Below are positions 48,501-59,454 of a stretch of 64,000 nucleotides of DNA, in pieces. The notes beneath the pieces are model-generated. The model did no database searches, was not told the origin of the DNA, and worked only from the letters and a program-made list of their open reading frames with translations. Position 1 is the first letter of the stretch. Each line of letters starts with the position of its first letter. The DNA comes from Eukaryota sp. GEM-RC1 (taxonomy: Eukaryota): assembly GCA_040285855.1 (NCBI GenBank), contig JAUFOQ010000016.1:372001-436000 (forward strand), read 5' to 3'. A program made the translations under genes and the position numbers.

Positions 48501-48822
48501 TTATCAGGGAAGAGAAGCGGATTATATTTTCATTGGCACAGTTAGATCTTGGCAGGAGAACAAAGATGTCCAAAGTTTGGGCTTCCTTACCGACTATCGA
48601 CGTTTAAATGTCATGTTGACAAGATCACGATATGGCAATTTTGTATTTGGTGATGAACAATTGCTAATCATGATGAGAAAGTTGAGTGTTGTAGTATACA
48701 GTTTCGAAATAATGTGATTTTCAAAGGAAATATTAATACCGAAAAATACTGTAAAACTGTTTTAGGAAAGAGTGAAACCCTGAGTAGCGGAAATTCCTTC
48801 CTCTACTGAATAGAATCACACA
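45553..48822 (+). pseudogene. Decayed polyprotein element, copy 2: unknown domain + Upf1/DNA2-NAM7-like SF1 helicase
   Basis: Helicase motifs at 47467-48670 across frames: LNDS*LEAI, GAP..TGKT, AAPSN, IIDEAGQSTEPE, VGDHHQSPP, LTEQYR, FNRAEA, ILTPHRAQ, STTDGYQGRE and GFLTDYRRLNVMLTRSR. The upstream part is homologous to 10311-11330. The 5' boundary is uncertain. Confidence 0.85.
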
Positions 48823-50478
48823 GAGAAAAATGAAGAAAACTGCAACAATATAACCAAACAAAATTACAGTAGTTATAGAATTCCTGTTCAAAACAGGTGC
48901 TGATGTTTAATACCAATGTTGAAATAACCAAGAAGAAACAAAAGGAAACAAGAAGAAGAGAGCAACAGTCAACATCAAAAGAAAAAGAGTGATTTCACAG
49001 ATCTATCGTGATCGCCTTCCCAAAACGACTTACCAGCAACCCGAACTACAGAAGTTCATGGAACTTGAGTTGAAGAAAGAAATGTTCTTTCTTAAAGGAA
49101 CCAGAACCCCTTGGTAAGTGTATCAGTCGTGGGAACTTCTGAAAAGAAGATTAAGTGAAATGATCAGAAATAGGAAAGTGACCTGAGCATAGCACTAGCG
49201 TGGCGATCATCACAACAGTATTGTTGTACATTCTAAGTTCTACCAGGAAGAAGAAGGTTGATCAGAGAAAGAACATATGTTGAGGAAGGGGAAAGGGGAG
49301 AAGACGTGAAAAGAGGGGGAATGAGGAGATATGTAAACAAAGGGGATGGAGGGATGGGGTATTGTGCGACCTTCTTCAAGTAAATATCAAGAGAGGCGGC
49401 TGTTTCAATCAACCGATTGTTAACAGCTTCCTTAGAACGAACTGGAGGAAAGGACGAATGGAGGAAGCTCGAAGGGCACTGTCAAACTGAAATAAAAAGT
49501 TGTAGTTTGCTGAGGTAGTTGAGGTCAACCATTTAAGAAGTTGATGATGTCGAGAGTTCTAGAACAAGGACAAGATTTAGCAGTCATTCATCCAAAGAAA
49601 TAGATAAACATCACGATAACTTGCTTTTCCACCCTATATAGATAGTTCTCTGTCCTAGAAACTCGTTATAAAGTAAGAGTAAGGATAAATCCAGTGATGC
49701 CTCTACTAGTAGTAGATCTTGGGGCCGTGTAAATCCACCATTTGATGGAAAAGTTCAGAATTAAATGATTGGTCTTCTTCTTTCTGACCTTCAATCTGCT
49801 TGATACTATTCCAATATCAGAGTGGATCATCCTCATCTGAGTGTTACCAATTCATTTCAACTTCTGTTTCACAATCTTTTCTGCTTTTAAGCCACTGCTA
49901 TCCACAGAACAATCTTTATATTAACACAAAGGCTTCCTGGAATTCCTGCTACAAATGTTAAAGCCAAAACAAATCCCGAACTCACGTGGTAATATTGTCA
50001 ATTAATACCGTGCAATTAATACCAGTCACCAATCTAATGACACTTACACTGGCTTATATAATTTGGACTTTACTGTCTTTCTTTTATGAATAATGATGTT
50101 AAGGAATATACTGTTGATGGGTTGTTTTCTGTAATAGATCAAACAAATAGCCGCTCTATAGAAACATTTGAAAAATACTACCAATACATAGCTTTACATT
50201 AACTATATCAGTGGATTCAATTCTGATAATATACTGCCTAGAAACAATGCAATGGTATGTATGACTTCTCATTATCGTCGGATTGCAAGTAAACCGACAC
50301 AGTTGAAGAGAGGAAAATCGATATGTACTCGAATTCAACAATGAAATTTAAACCATTCACTAATTACCAACAAAAAAAACAACATGAGCATTTATAAAAC
50401 AGGCATTAACTGAAGGAACACAAAATTTTCAAAATCGAATATTTAAATATTTTACATCGAAATCTAACGACTCCCTCT

Positions 50479-51474
50479 CTATTTCCTTCTTCCTCTTGAT
50501 CCACGCAACATCTGCTTCCTCTGTGCCTGTTTAGCACAAATACCCTCATGCTTCTCAACCCTATCCTCTGCAAACTTCCTTCCACAATACCTACAAGCCA
50601 CCCTATCGTCCTTAACCACAGGAGGTGGCGGTCCTCCTGTCTTCACTGATCTCATTGCCGCCTGCAACTGAGCCCTCTGTTCTCTCCACTTGGATTTCTT
50701 AGCTGAAGGAACATCTCCTGACTTACCCACTTCAAGAGCTTCTTCTGGGAGTCGATGTTTAGTGGAATTAAAAGGTTTTCTAGGGGTTTTGGTAGCTTGC
50801 TTTTTGCAGATAGAAGAATGTTTTTGAATCCGTGATTGAGCGAAGTTTCTTCCACAGACTTTACACTGTACAAATGGTTCGGTGGGACCATCAGGAATTT
50901 CCGGAGGAAGTGAAGAAGAAGGAGAAAATGGTGAAGATGAAATAGGTTCAACGGGAGCCGGAGGTTTCATAACAGGAGGTTTAGAAGGTGGCTTAGAAGA
51001 AGAAAGCTGACGACGAGCAGATACTTGAGGTTCAGGTTGGTGACGTGTGGATGACTCAGGAAGAGAGGAAGCTTCAGGAACTGGACGACGAACAGGTCGG
51101 GGATTTCTTCGGGTTCCAGAAACAATATTAGGAGATCGCTCCTGTTTAGATTGAAGTGATTTTAGAAGTTGGAGGGATGAAGATAATGTAGACTTAGAGA
51201 TTCTTTTAGAAGGTGCCTTTGGGGGGCTATAGTAATAATCGGAGTGGGTGGGAGGAAGTGTGGGAGTTTTGGATGTACTTGGAGGATGACGGTAACCAGG
51301 TAATGTACCATCCCATTGTTCTTCTTGCTTTCTAACAGGTTTTGGAATGTCATCAACAACTTTGGGCGGCTCAACTTGTTGTGCTCTTTTTGCACGGAGT
51401 TGTCGGGCACGTTCTTTCAGAGCATTTTGCCGTTCAACATAACGATTGATCTGCTCTGATGGGTTGGAAGGCAT
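50479..51474 (-). CDS. C2HC zinc finger domain protein (ZC2HC1/FAM164 family)
   Basis: CKVCGRNF...HSSIC and CRYCGRKF...HEGIC fingers, RKPFNS, and KWREQRAQL. Confidence 0.88.
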   Translation of the reverse strand: MPSNPSEQINRYVERQNALKERARQLRAKRAQQVEPPKVVDDIPKPVRKQEEQWDGTLPGYRHPPSTSKTPTLPPTHSDYYYSPPKAPSKRISKSTLSSSLQLLKSLQSKQERSPNIVSGTRRNPRPVRRPVPEASSLPESSTRHQPEPQVSARRQLSSSKPPSKPPVMKPPAPVEPISSSPFSPSSSLPPEIPDGPTEPFVQCKVCGRNFAQSRIQKHSSICKKQATKTPRKPFNSTKHRLPEEALEVGKSGDVPSAKKSKWREQRAQLQAAMRSVKTGGPPPPVVKDDRVACRYCGRKFAEDRVEKHEGICAKQAQRKQMLRGSRGRRK

Positions 51475-51535
51475 ATAAGAAGTTGAAGGAATGTGGAGTC
51501 CAGTAATTTACTTTTTCTGCTACTCAGAGTTACAC

Positions 51536-53648
51536 ATGGTAAAAGACCAAAAGGCAGAGTCTGTTGTGATTTTAACGACCACAAACAGCGACAGTGGATA
51601 CTGTACATCAATGGCTTGGTGTATTTGGGAGTTGGAATCTTGTTCCATCACAAAAGTTTGGCAATGTAATGTCGGGACCAAAGAGGACGAGAAGATGGGT
51701 GTAACGTGTTTGTCACTACTGGATGTCTTGAAAGAATGTCATCATAGCATCGAACAGCACATGGTTTTGGGAGTGGTGGTTTATTTACCTGAACTTCTGG
51801 CTCTTGTGGATGAAATTGGACCGAGTAATAAGCTTCCTGTTCTGTTTAACAGTATTTGTCCATTGAACAAAATTGCTGATGAAGTTTGGCCAAGCGAGGT
51901 ATCTGTCAATAATGAAAGTGGCTTCCTTGAGGCACTTAAAAGAGAAAAAACTATTGGTCAAAGACTCTTTCGTATCATGTTCGTTAACTCAGAAGTTGTC
52001 CCTCATAAGTGATTTTCTGAATAAGGCTATGCTGCAGTCATCAGAGACCAATGAACTAATTACGCGAAACATGTCAGTTTTGGCGTTTCTAAATTGTCAG
52101 CAAGATGCTCCTGAGAGACCACAACATAGTCAATTGGACACTGCACAAGAAATCGATGTACAAACTCCTAAAAGTCGATTATATGGCGAACAAATCGCTC
52201 TACGAATTGAGGATTTTTCTGCAGATTATGACAATCTTGATCATCATCAGCGAAACATTGTTGCACATGACTTTGCATCTCACAACCCTTCTATAGAAAC
52301 ATGTTTTGTTGTTCCAAACTCCCCTACATTGATTCTTATCGCTGTAGCGTCGGACGACTCCCTGTTAGGTAAGACTCGCACTTATTATCGAGGCTCGTAT
52401 CCTTCCATTATCCAGATTTCAGGTGACTCTTATTCGTCGTTTGCTCAGACCATCCGATCATCCGTACTTACAAACAGTTCTTCTCCTCCGCCTGCAAAAA
52501 AATCTCGAACGGATGAACCTCAGCAAATCCATGCAAAAAGCAACAAACCTCGCCGTTTCATTGCTCATTTGTGTGTTTTGTCTTCCTTTCACTGATCTCA
52601 GATTTGGAGTTCCTGTTGGAATTCCAGATGAACCAGTTCTCCAATGGCTCTTACCAGTAGTTCCGCAATCGATTTTAGTTCTACCAGGCAATGTAGGTAG
52701 TTCCAAACGACCTTCCTCTCTTACTGAGGTTTTCGTCCTTCTCCACAATAAGGCTGATTACGAAGCTGTTCTAGCTCGAGATCATGATTATCTGGATCAA
52801 AACTTCATTCAAATCCGTCCTTCCAATGAGAAAGAATACGGTCGAATGTCTATACAAACAGAAAAAGCTCTAGCAGCTAATCCCAACCGAACAAATACTC
52901 CTCCAGTTCGCCCACAGCCTCGGGACCCAAGAAGACCCAACCAACCCCCTGTTCAACATAATCCCCACAATTCTGTTATTGGAAATAACCAGCTTAATAA
53001 CGCTCCGCCAGGTGGAAATCAGTTTATTCAGAATGCCCCTCCTCAAGAACTACATCGCCCACCAATAGTCTTCTTCAAGTTACGTGGTATCCCATTCAAG
53101 TTCTTTGCCCCTGAAGTTCATCAATGGTTACAGAGCTTCAGAATCAACCTTCCTCCGGATAGTATCGTTGTTCCTTTGAATCCTTGTGGAAAGCACTCTG
53201 GCCTTGCGTTCATTGCAATTCCTGCTGACGGTGTGACGTTCCTTTTAGCACTGCACAATAAGAAGATGGGTCATCGGTTTGTTGAGGTAATGGTTTCTAC
53301 TCGTGAGGAATTTGAGCGTCGTTGTTCTAATGGTCGTCCTCTTCCTTATGCCCAGTCGCAATCCACTCCTCAGATGCACTCACAATCAATGCCTCCTCCA
53401 CAGCAGATGCACCCTCAGCAAATGCAACATCCAGTCCAACCGTATCATCATACACATACTCCCAGTAATTGGCCCCCGTTGAAGACCCCCGTATGATGAC
53501 TCAGCATCATCAACCCAAGTATTCAGAGTTTCCTAATCCCAACAGTAACCCTTTGTATGCTCAGAACTTTGAAGCTCCCTCGTTACCTCAGATAAACCCT
53601 TCTGTTCCAAGTAAACGAAGACATGTTTTCTCTGGACAGATACAGTAG
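51536..53648 (+). CDS. ESRP/hnRNP F-H-like quasi-RRM protein; three apparent frameshifts (about 51940, 52577, 53475)
   Basis: qRRMs FIAHLC-x-LPF...RDHDYLDQNFIQI and FFKLRGIPF...HSGLAFI...HNKKMGHRFVEV. N-terminal domain recalls the ESRP N-terminus. A plausible C-terminal continuation PVEDPRMMTQHH...GQIQ* ends at 53648. Confidence 0.72.
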
Positions 53649-53974
53649 TTTTAGTTTCTCTGTTTAGGTGACTTAGTTATTATTTATTTAGGACATTTTC
53701 TCTTAGAGATTTGTCATTTTCTTCTTTGAGAATTTGTCAGTAGTGATATTGTCTCTCAGTATTAAACCACATAGTCTTAGTAAATGAAATACATTATTTG
53801 GGCTAAAATCACATCCTTGTTGTTTCGAGCACGAGGTGGATTTCGACCACTCTCAAAAAGTGTGGTCGTTGAAGTTTTCACAATCCTCTTGGATTTTTTT
53901 GGGGAATCTCAACCTTTGGAATGGTTGAAAAACTGTGTTGGAAAGGCAGCTGCTCAGAAAAGACGGCAAACTCC

Positions 53975-54511
53975 ACTTCAGGAAACATTTAGTCTCACCA
54001 AATCTCAGTGAGACTAATTTTGTACTGAGACTAATTTTGCACAATTGTTGAAGTGTTAAAATAGACTTCATTACTCAGATTTGCTCACGAACACACAACT
54101 GATCGTCATCATCTAGGCTCCAATCAATTAGTCACTCTCAACTTATGATAGCACGATTTTTTCTTGATGAACAGCAGATTAAATATGGATTTGAACTCGT
54201 TTAAAAGACTTTCGAATTGTGTTGGAAGTCAATGCTACTGAAAACGTGTATTCCTGATCACAAATAGAATAATATGAGATCTAGATTCATACATTGTATA
54301 CAATTTAAACATACAGAGGTAATTCATTCCAGCTGTTTGTTGTTAGTACTATATGTCTATGGACTGTAAAGAACAGTTTAACTCAAAAAAAAGTTGTTTT
54401 ATTTGGAAATTGCAGGACAAATATAGTCTCACAAGAGCACTTTTCAAAATGAGTAAGACAGAATTTTATACTGAGACTAATTCTGCAGTGAGACTAAATG
54501 TTTCCTGAAGT
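53975..54511. mobile_element. TIR non-autonomous element (Tc1/mariner-like)
   Basis: Perfect 24-bp TIR ACTTCAGGAAACATTTAGTCTCAC, with subterminal TGAGACTAATT repeats. Confidence 0.85.
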
Positions 54512-54739
54512 TTAAATAATAGCTTCCTGATATTTGTTCGGGTATTTTTGATGTTTTGTGACAGTTTTGTATGTTTAGTTTGGTTGTGAAACCCGTATAA
54601 TTTTAGTCATTGTTACCTTAAAACAGAAAAGTTCTCACCATGACTTTTGTGAAAGTTGTCTTAGGTCGAGTCATTTTGTATTAAGTGTACTTTTCTGTAT
54701 TTTCTGTATTTTTTTCCAGGGAGTGACTGTATTTTCCAA

Positions 54740-55796
54740 GTACTCTAATTTACCTAGTACTAGCCTGTGCAGAACCGTTACTAACCTACCCCGTCTGGGC
54801 TTGTATTAGGGAAAGGCTAGTAATAGGGAAAGGCTAGTAATTTTTTCATAGCAACAACTACACTGGTCACAATATTTAGTCTCAGTGGAAAATTAGTCTC
54901 ACTGAGACTAATTTATGTTTTACGTCCTTTTCGACATTTTAGAGGCAAATTTCGCTAGATGAAAATTAGTCTCAGTGAGAATTAGTCTTTATGAATAGAC
55001 CATTTTGAAACTAGGTTATGAATTAGTCTCACTGAGACTAATTGTTGTGACCAGTGTACCTGTAAACTAGTGCTTCTTATGATCAAGCAAACCACTGCTA
55101 ACATACAATTTCAGTGATAGAAAGTACAGATGTTTCTTTGTCTCATTTGCTTTAGTTCTACACAGTTATCAGTTACACTTCTCGTGTATTTCATTCTGTT
55201 CAGTTTCCCAAGAATACACGTTTTCAACGACGCATGTAGTTAAAATGTGAGAACTGTTAATTAGACCATATCCATGTTCCACGTGGCAAACATTAAGAGA
55301 AAAGGCTTGCTTACTATAAGATGAGGAGTCAAAAAAATATTTTGTAAATGTATGATGACTATCATTGGTGTGTTTCTATAACTCAGGGTAATGAGGTCTG
55401 TTTAGCCCTTCATCAATTGTGCCAAATCAGTCTCACTACAAGAATATTCTCCCTAATAATTGACTATCTTTTGGGTTGCGTAACAAAATTAACAAGTACA
55501 CCATTAGTTTCTTAATATATCTTGTTGATCTTGATCTGATACGTCATTAGGCTCGCCTTCGCTGTTGTCAAAGGTGTCATTTGCTACTTTGTTTGGGAAC
55601 ACAATTCGTTGACCATCCATTCGTTACACGCCCGTTCAAAACTGTCCTTGCAAAAGTGATGAACAATACAAGACAGAAAACTGTATAAATCGCACTCAAA
55701 TCTAGAACCACTAAACTGCTTCCAGAAAAGGGGGGCTAGTATTAGGCATTTTACTAGCCTGCACCTTCGTGGCTAGTATTAGGTTAATTAGAGTAC
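54740..55796. mobile_element. TIR non-autonomous element hosting a nested MITE
   Basis: TIR GTACTCTAATT(T/A)ACCTA(G/A)TACTAGCC at both ends, with subterminal GGCTAGTA repeats. Confidence 0.82.
54861..55056. mobile_element. 196-bp Tc1/mariner-type MITE
   Basis: 27-bp TIR CACTGGTCACAA..TTAGTCTCAGTG with 2 mismatches, TA on both flanks, and internal palindromes AATTAGTCTCACTGAGACTAATT. Confidence 0.9.
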
Positions 55797-55962
55797 ATTG
55801 TATGATCTAAACACTATTATACAGTCTTATTATTTCTTAAAAATTGAAAACATTATCCAAATGATGACCTTAATATCATTATGATACAGAAAAAGATATA
55901 ATATACAGAAAGAGAGAAGTATGAGTCGAAGAGGGGCGTCACACAAAACACCAGTAATGGTG

Positions 55963-56298
55963 TTATTCAGGTTCATCTTCAGGATGGATGAACGCCAAGC
56001 CTTTAGCTTCTAGCTGAGACCGCCACGAGTCATAGTCCGCTTTGTAAAGATCCTTCAGTTTTTGTTTTCTTTGTGATAGTTTGAACATCAGAAGACCTTG
56101 CATTTCCGTATTGATTTGTTTTTGAAGGCGAAGGTTGTGTTCTCGACAGAAAGATCTATCTGTAGCAGAATCCAACTCACATATTCTGCCAATTCTGCCA
56201 AGTTCTTTGACATGTTGTTGAGCTTGGTTTAAAGAAGCTTGCTGTCTGATATAAGTTTGTACATTGACAGGGGGAACACTGCCTCTACTTTTGAACAT
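55963..56298 (-). CDS. Small ciliary microtubule inner protein, CFAP141 (C1orf189)-like
   Basis: 111 aa ending RKQKLKDLYKADYDSWRSQLEAKGLAF, similar to the CFAP141/CFAP53-type motif. Confidence 0.6.
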   Translation of the reverse strand: MFKSRGSVPPVNVQTYIRQQASLNQAQQHVKELGRIGRICELDSATDRSFCREHNLRLQKQINTEMQGLLMFKLSQRKQKLKDLYKADYDSWRSQLEAKGLAFIHPEDEPE

Positions 56299-56332
56299 TG
56301 CAGAAGAATTTTGATCAACAACCAAGACCAAT

Positions 56333-57010
56333 ATGGCCTTTCGATCTGTTGTAACTCTACTTCTCTGTAGTATCTTTACCCTCATACATCCTTTCTATTT
56401 CTTCTGGTCTTCTCTTCTTGCGACTCAATGCTATGATTATCTGTTACTTTTCAATGTCAGTCTTCCCCCTTATTTAATTCTGTTCTCTATTATGTCGTTC
56501 TTTGTCTTCTTCCGCTATTGCATCTTTGTCATTCGCTTCCGATTTCTTATGGGATTTTACCCTCCTCTACGATCCTCTTACAGACATTTCACTGTATCCC
56601 ACATTCCCGCCCTATTCAACCTTCCCCTAGTCATCCTCTCATTTGTCAAGGATCTATCTGACTCTTTCATCTTCATTTCTGGCGTCACTACCTTAATCGT
56701 GGCTCCCTTGGTTTTCCTTCTATTGAACAGATATCATTCGCAATATCAAATGAAGTCAACCTTGAAAATCCCTATCCTACTGTCTCTTCTATCAGTCTTT
56801 GTTCTCCTCACTTTGCTACGGAATGAGTCCGTCATTTCTGCTCTTGATCAACTTTCTGTCATTAGTTTACTTCCCTCTTGCTGGTGGATTGAACTTTGTA
56901 GGGAATTGGTCGTGTTTGTTGATACCAGTATCTTTGAATCTTTCAGTTTTCCCTTTCTCTTTCTTCATGAGACCTGGGAAGAGAGAGTTTCAAAGATTGA
57001 TGAGAATTGA
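56333..57010 (+). CDS. Multi-pass membrane protein, function unknown
   Basis: 225-aa hydrophobic ORF. Confidence 0.6.
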   Translation: MAFRSVVTLLLCSIFTLIHPFYFFWSSLLATQCYDYLLLFNVSLPPYLILFSIMSFFVFFRYCIFVIRFRFLMGFYPPLRSSYRHFTVSHIPALFNLPLVILSFVKDLSDSFIFISGVTTLIVAPLVFLLLNRYHSQYQMKSTLKIPILLSLLSVFVLLTLLRNESVISALDQLSVISLLPSCWWIELCRELVVFVDTSIFESFSFPFLFLHETWEERVSKIDEN

Positions 57011-57219
57011 TGTGCGTGGATGAAATCTGTTAGGGTGAATCTTCTACTTTGTCTAAATAAATGTACTAAATGAATTGTTATTTTTTTAATGATGTGTTTT
57101 TTCACCAGTTTTTTCCATTACAGAACACAGTTTTGCATTGTACTTTAGTTTCGTTAATTGAATGATTATTGCACATAAACACTATATTAAACTATAACCA
57201 ACCAATATTTATTGTGTTG

Positions 57220-57640
57220 AACAACTCCTGAGTCGCCTCGACGAGAATTTTAAATTAAATCAAGACCCAACTTACTAAATAAAGATTCCACTTTGGCATG
57301 AAATCCATGAGCTTTAAACATTCAAATGCAACATCTCTAACAGCATAATGAAGAACAGAACGATATTGAATAAAATTGGGGTAATTAGTACATATCTAAA
57401 AGTTGCAATGTGACGAAGTCTACAAACACTTTCAGAATTGTCCAGCAATTCTGCAGGAAACAAACCTAAACGTAATCGCATAACGTTATTTAATTTCCAA
57501 GCCTCATCAGACAAATGCAAACCAAAAGGACGTGGTTGTTGAGTGATCAAACAAGTTGAATTCTAAATATCATTTAAGAAAGCAGCAAAAACGGGATTAT
57601 TAATTTTAGTAACACTAAAACGATTTTCAATGCCTGCAAA
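57220..57640 (-). mobile_element. Relic of RLE-type non-LTR retrotransposon
   Basis: NPVFAAFLNDI...QQPRPFGLHLSDEAW...MRLRLGLFP...LHYAVRD parallels NPAFANFLID...QIPQIYGLLLNDHQW...FRLRCFLWP...IHDAVRD at 40850-41110. Confidence 0.75.
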
Positions 57641-57819
57641 AGCTTATTTTGAAGTTAAAAAATATATCATTAGATATATATTACTGTCTATCAAATGGTT
57701 TCAGCCCTCCTAGTTTCATCTTTCAAATAATCGACGGGTCCACATATGATCAGTCAGTTGAGTTCATGGCGGGTTTGATCTGATTAACAACCCTAACAAT
57801 CCTAACAATCATACAATAA

Positions 57820-58677
57820 TTATTCGTCTCTTTCCCTAACTGTTCGTAAAAGGTCCCATAAATCAGCCCCAGAACTCTGTACTTCTAATGGTAGAGCTGC
57901 ATAAGAAGGAAGACTTGAGGAAATAGACTCAGCTAATTCCGTGTTGGCTAGTAAGACAGGACTTTCAACATCGTCCTCACTTTCAAAGTCCAAATGTTCG
58001 TGCTTAGAGCTCCAAAGTTCAATATCAAGGATGAAAGGACGTGCGTTGGACCAATCGTCATCAACAACGTCAAGAAATACGTTCATCACAAGGGTCAAGT
58101 CAGAATCATCAGGTAGAGGAAGAGAGGAAGTGAAGAGGGTGCATACATCAATGATTTCCTGTTTGTAGTCGTAGATTTGGTGGTAAAACTGGTGGTAATG
58201 TCTTTGAACAATGTATTTAAGCTGACCTGAACTTAGTACGAGACGGAATTCAGTGACTGGAGAAATGTGTTTGAAAGGCTTTAGTTCAATGACAGGAACA
58301 GTTGTAGAGGATTCAAGAGCATCACAGCACTTATCTGAGGACTTAAGCAGACAAAGAGCTGATTCGGGATTGTGAACTTTCAAAGAGCCATAGAGCCACA
58401 TTGCATCAGTAGGAGCTGTTCCATTCAACTTTACGAAAGTAGATGGTCCTGTCTTGGGGAAAACAGCATGAAGATCGCTCAAATCATAGACTGGAGAATT
58501 GGAGTGCTGAGGGATAGTTAGAGGTTCTTCTGTATCACAGGAGTATTGAGTAGGAGGTTGTGAGATCAGAATGGAATCTGCATCGAAAAACTGTTGGATA
58601 TCAGCAGAAAACGGAACAAAAGAAGTTGGAAGACAGAATCTGCTAAGTTCTTGATAGAGAGACTGATAAGAATGCAT
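57820..58677 (-). CDS. CDC123: Cell division cycle protein 123 (D123 family)
   Basis: FVKLNGTAPTDAMWL, LLKSSD, EFRLVL and IVQRH. Confidence 0.88.
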   Translation of the reverse strand: MHSYQSLYQELSRFCLPTSFVPFSADIQQFFDADSILISQPPTQYSCDTEEPLTIPQHSNSPVYDLSDLHAVFPKTGPSTFVKLNGTAPTDAMWLYGSLKVHNPESALCLLKSSDKCCDALESSTTVPVIELKPFKHISPVTEFRLVLSSGQLKYIVQRHYHQFYHQIYDYKQEIIDVCTLFTSSLPLPDDSDLTLVMNVFLDVVDDDWSNARPFILDIELWSSKHEHLDFESEDDVESPVLLANTELAESISSSLPSYAALPLEVQSSGADLWDLLRTVRERDE

Positions 58678-59454
58678 AAACACAGTCAAAAGAGTAATTG
58701 CATCTAGACTTGATTACAATTCTCATGTTGCTGACTCGACTTGACATATGGATGGCATCGGCTTAGTCGACTTGTAGAATCGATTGCACAGGTCTAAAGG
58801 ACAAAACATCTTTCAATCAGATTCAGTAAATCTGATTACTGATTAAACTAATAGTTTGTAAATGATGTATTTCCATACCGTGATCGATGAAGGAACACTG
58901 TCTCGTTGGTCTGTTTGTTATTAAACAATATTTAATATATAATAAGATTGTTTGCAACAATAAACATATATACTTACTAATTCAGAAATTGTAAGATGTT
59001 AAAAACTCCACATCAACACGAGAACTGTCTCTATACAACTTGGGATAAAAGAAAATTTAAACACATAGGGAGGCTTCTGTAAAGTGCGAACACAAGTCGA
59101 TGAATCCATACAGAACATACCTGGGGATGACGCCATGACGCCGATTTTGGCATTAGAAAAAATTTCTCAGGTTACATTCTGTGTATCAATCCAAAAAATT
59201 TGGATTGATACCGGGTAAGTGTGGGTAATAAGCATACTTATAGCTTGTTATGACACCAACAATCCCACTGATATTCATTACATAATTACTCCCATAGTTG
59301 AAAGATAGACGTATGTTTAACAAAATACATATACTGCATAATAGAGTCATATTCCAAAGCAATTGGCTACTTGCTCCTCTGTGTTGATCATCAGATTTGA
59401 GTATTAGTTTCATATCAAAATTGTGGAAAAACTATCTTGTTCAACGATTTAACG

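Noticed and set aside
45553..48822. Canonical Helitron or the host UPF1 gene
   Set aside because: Helicase motifs are Upf1-type rather than Pif1-type, no HUH Rep motif was seen, the Upf1 CH domain is absent, and the frame is heavily disrupted.
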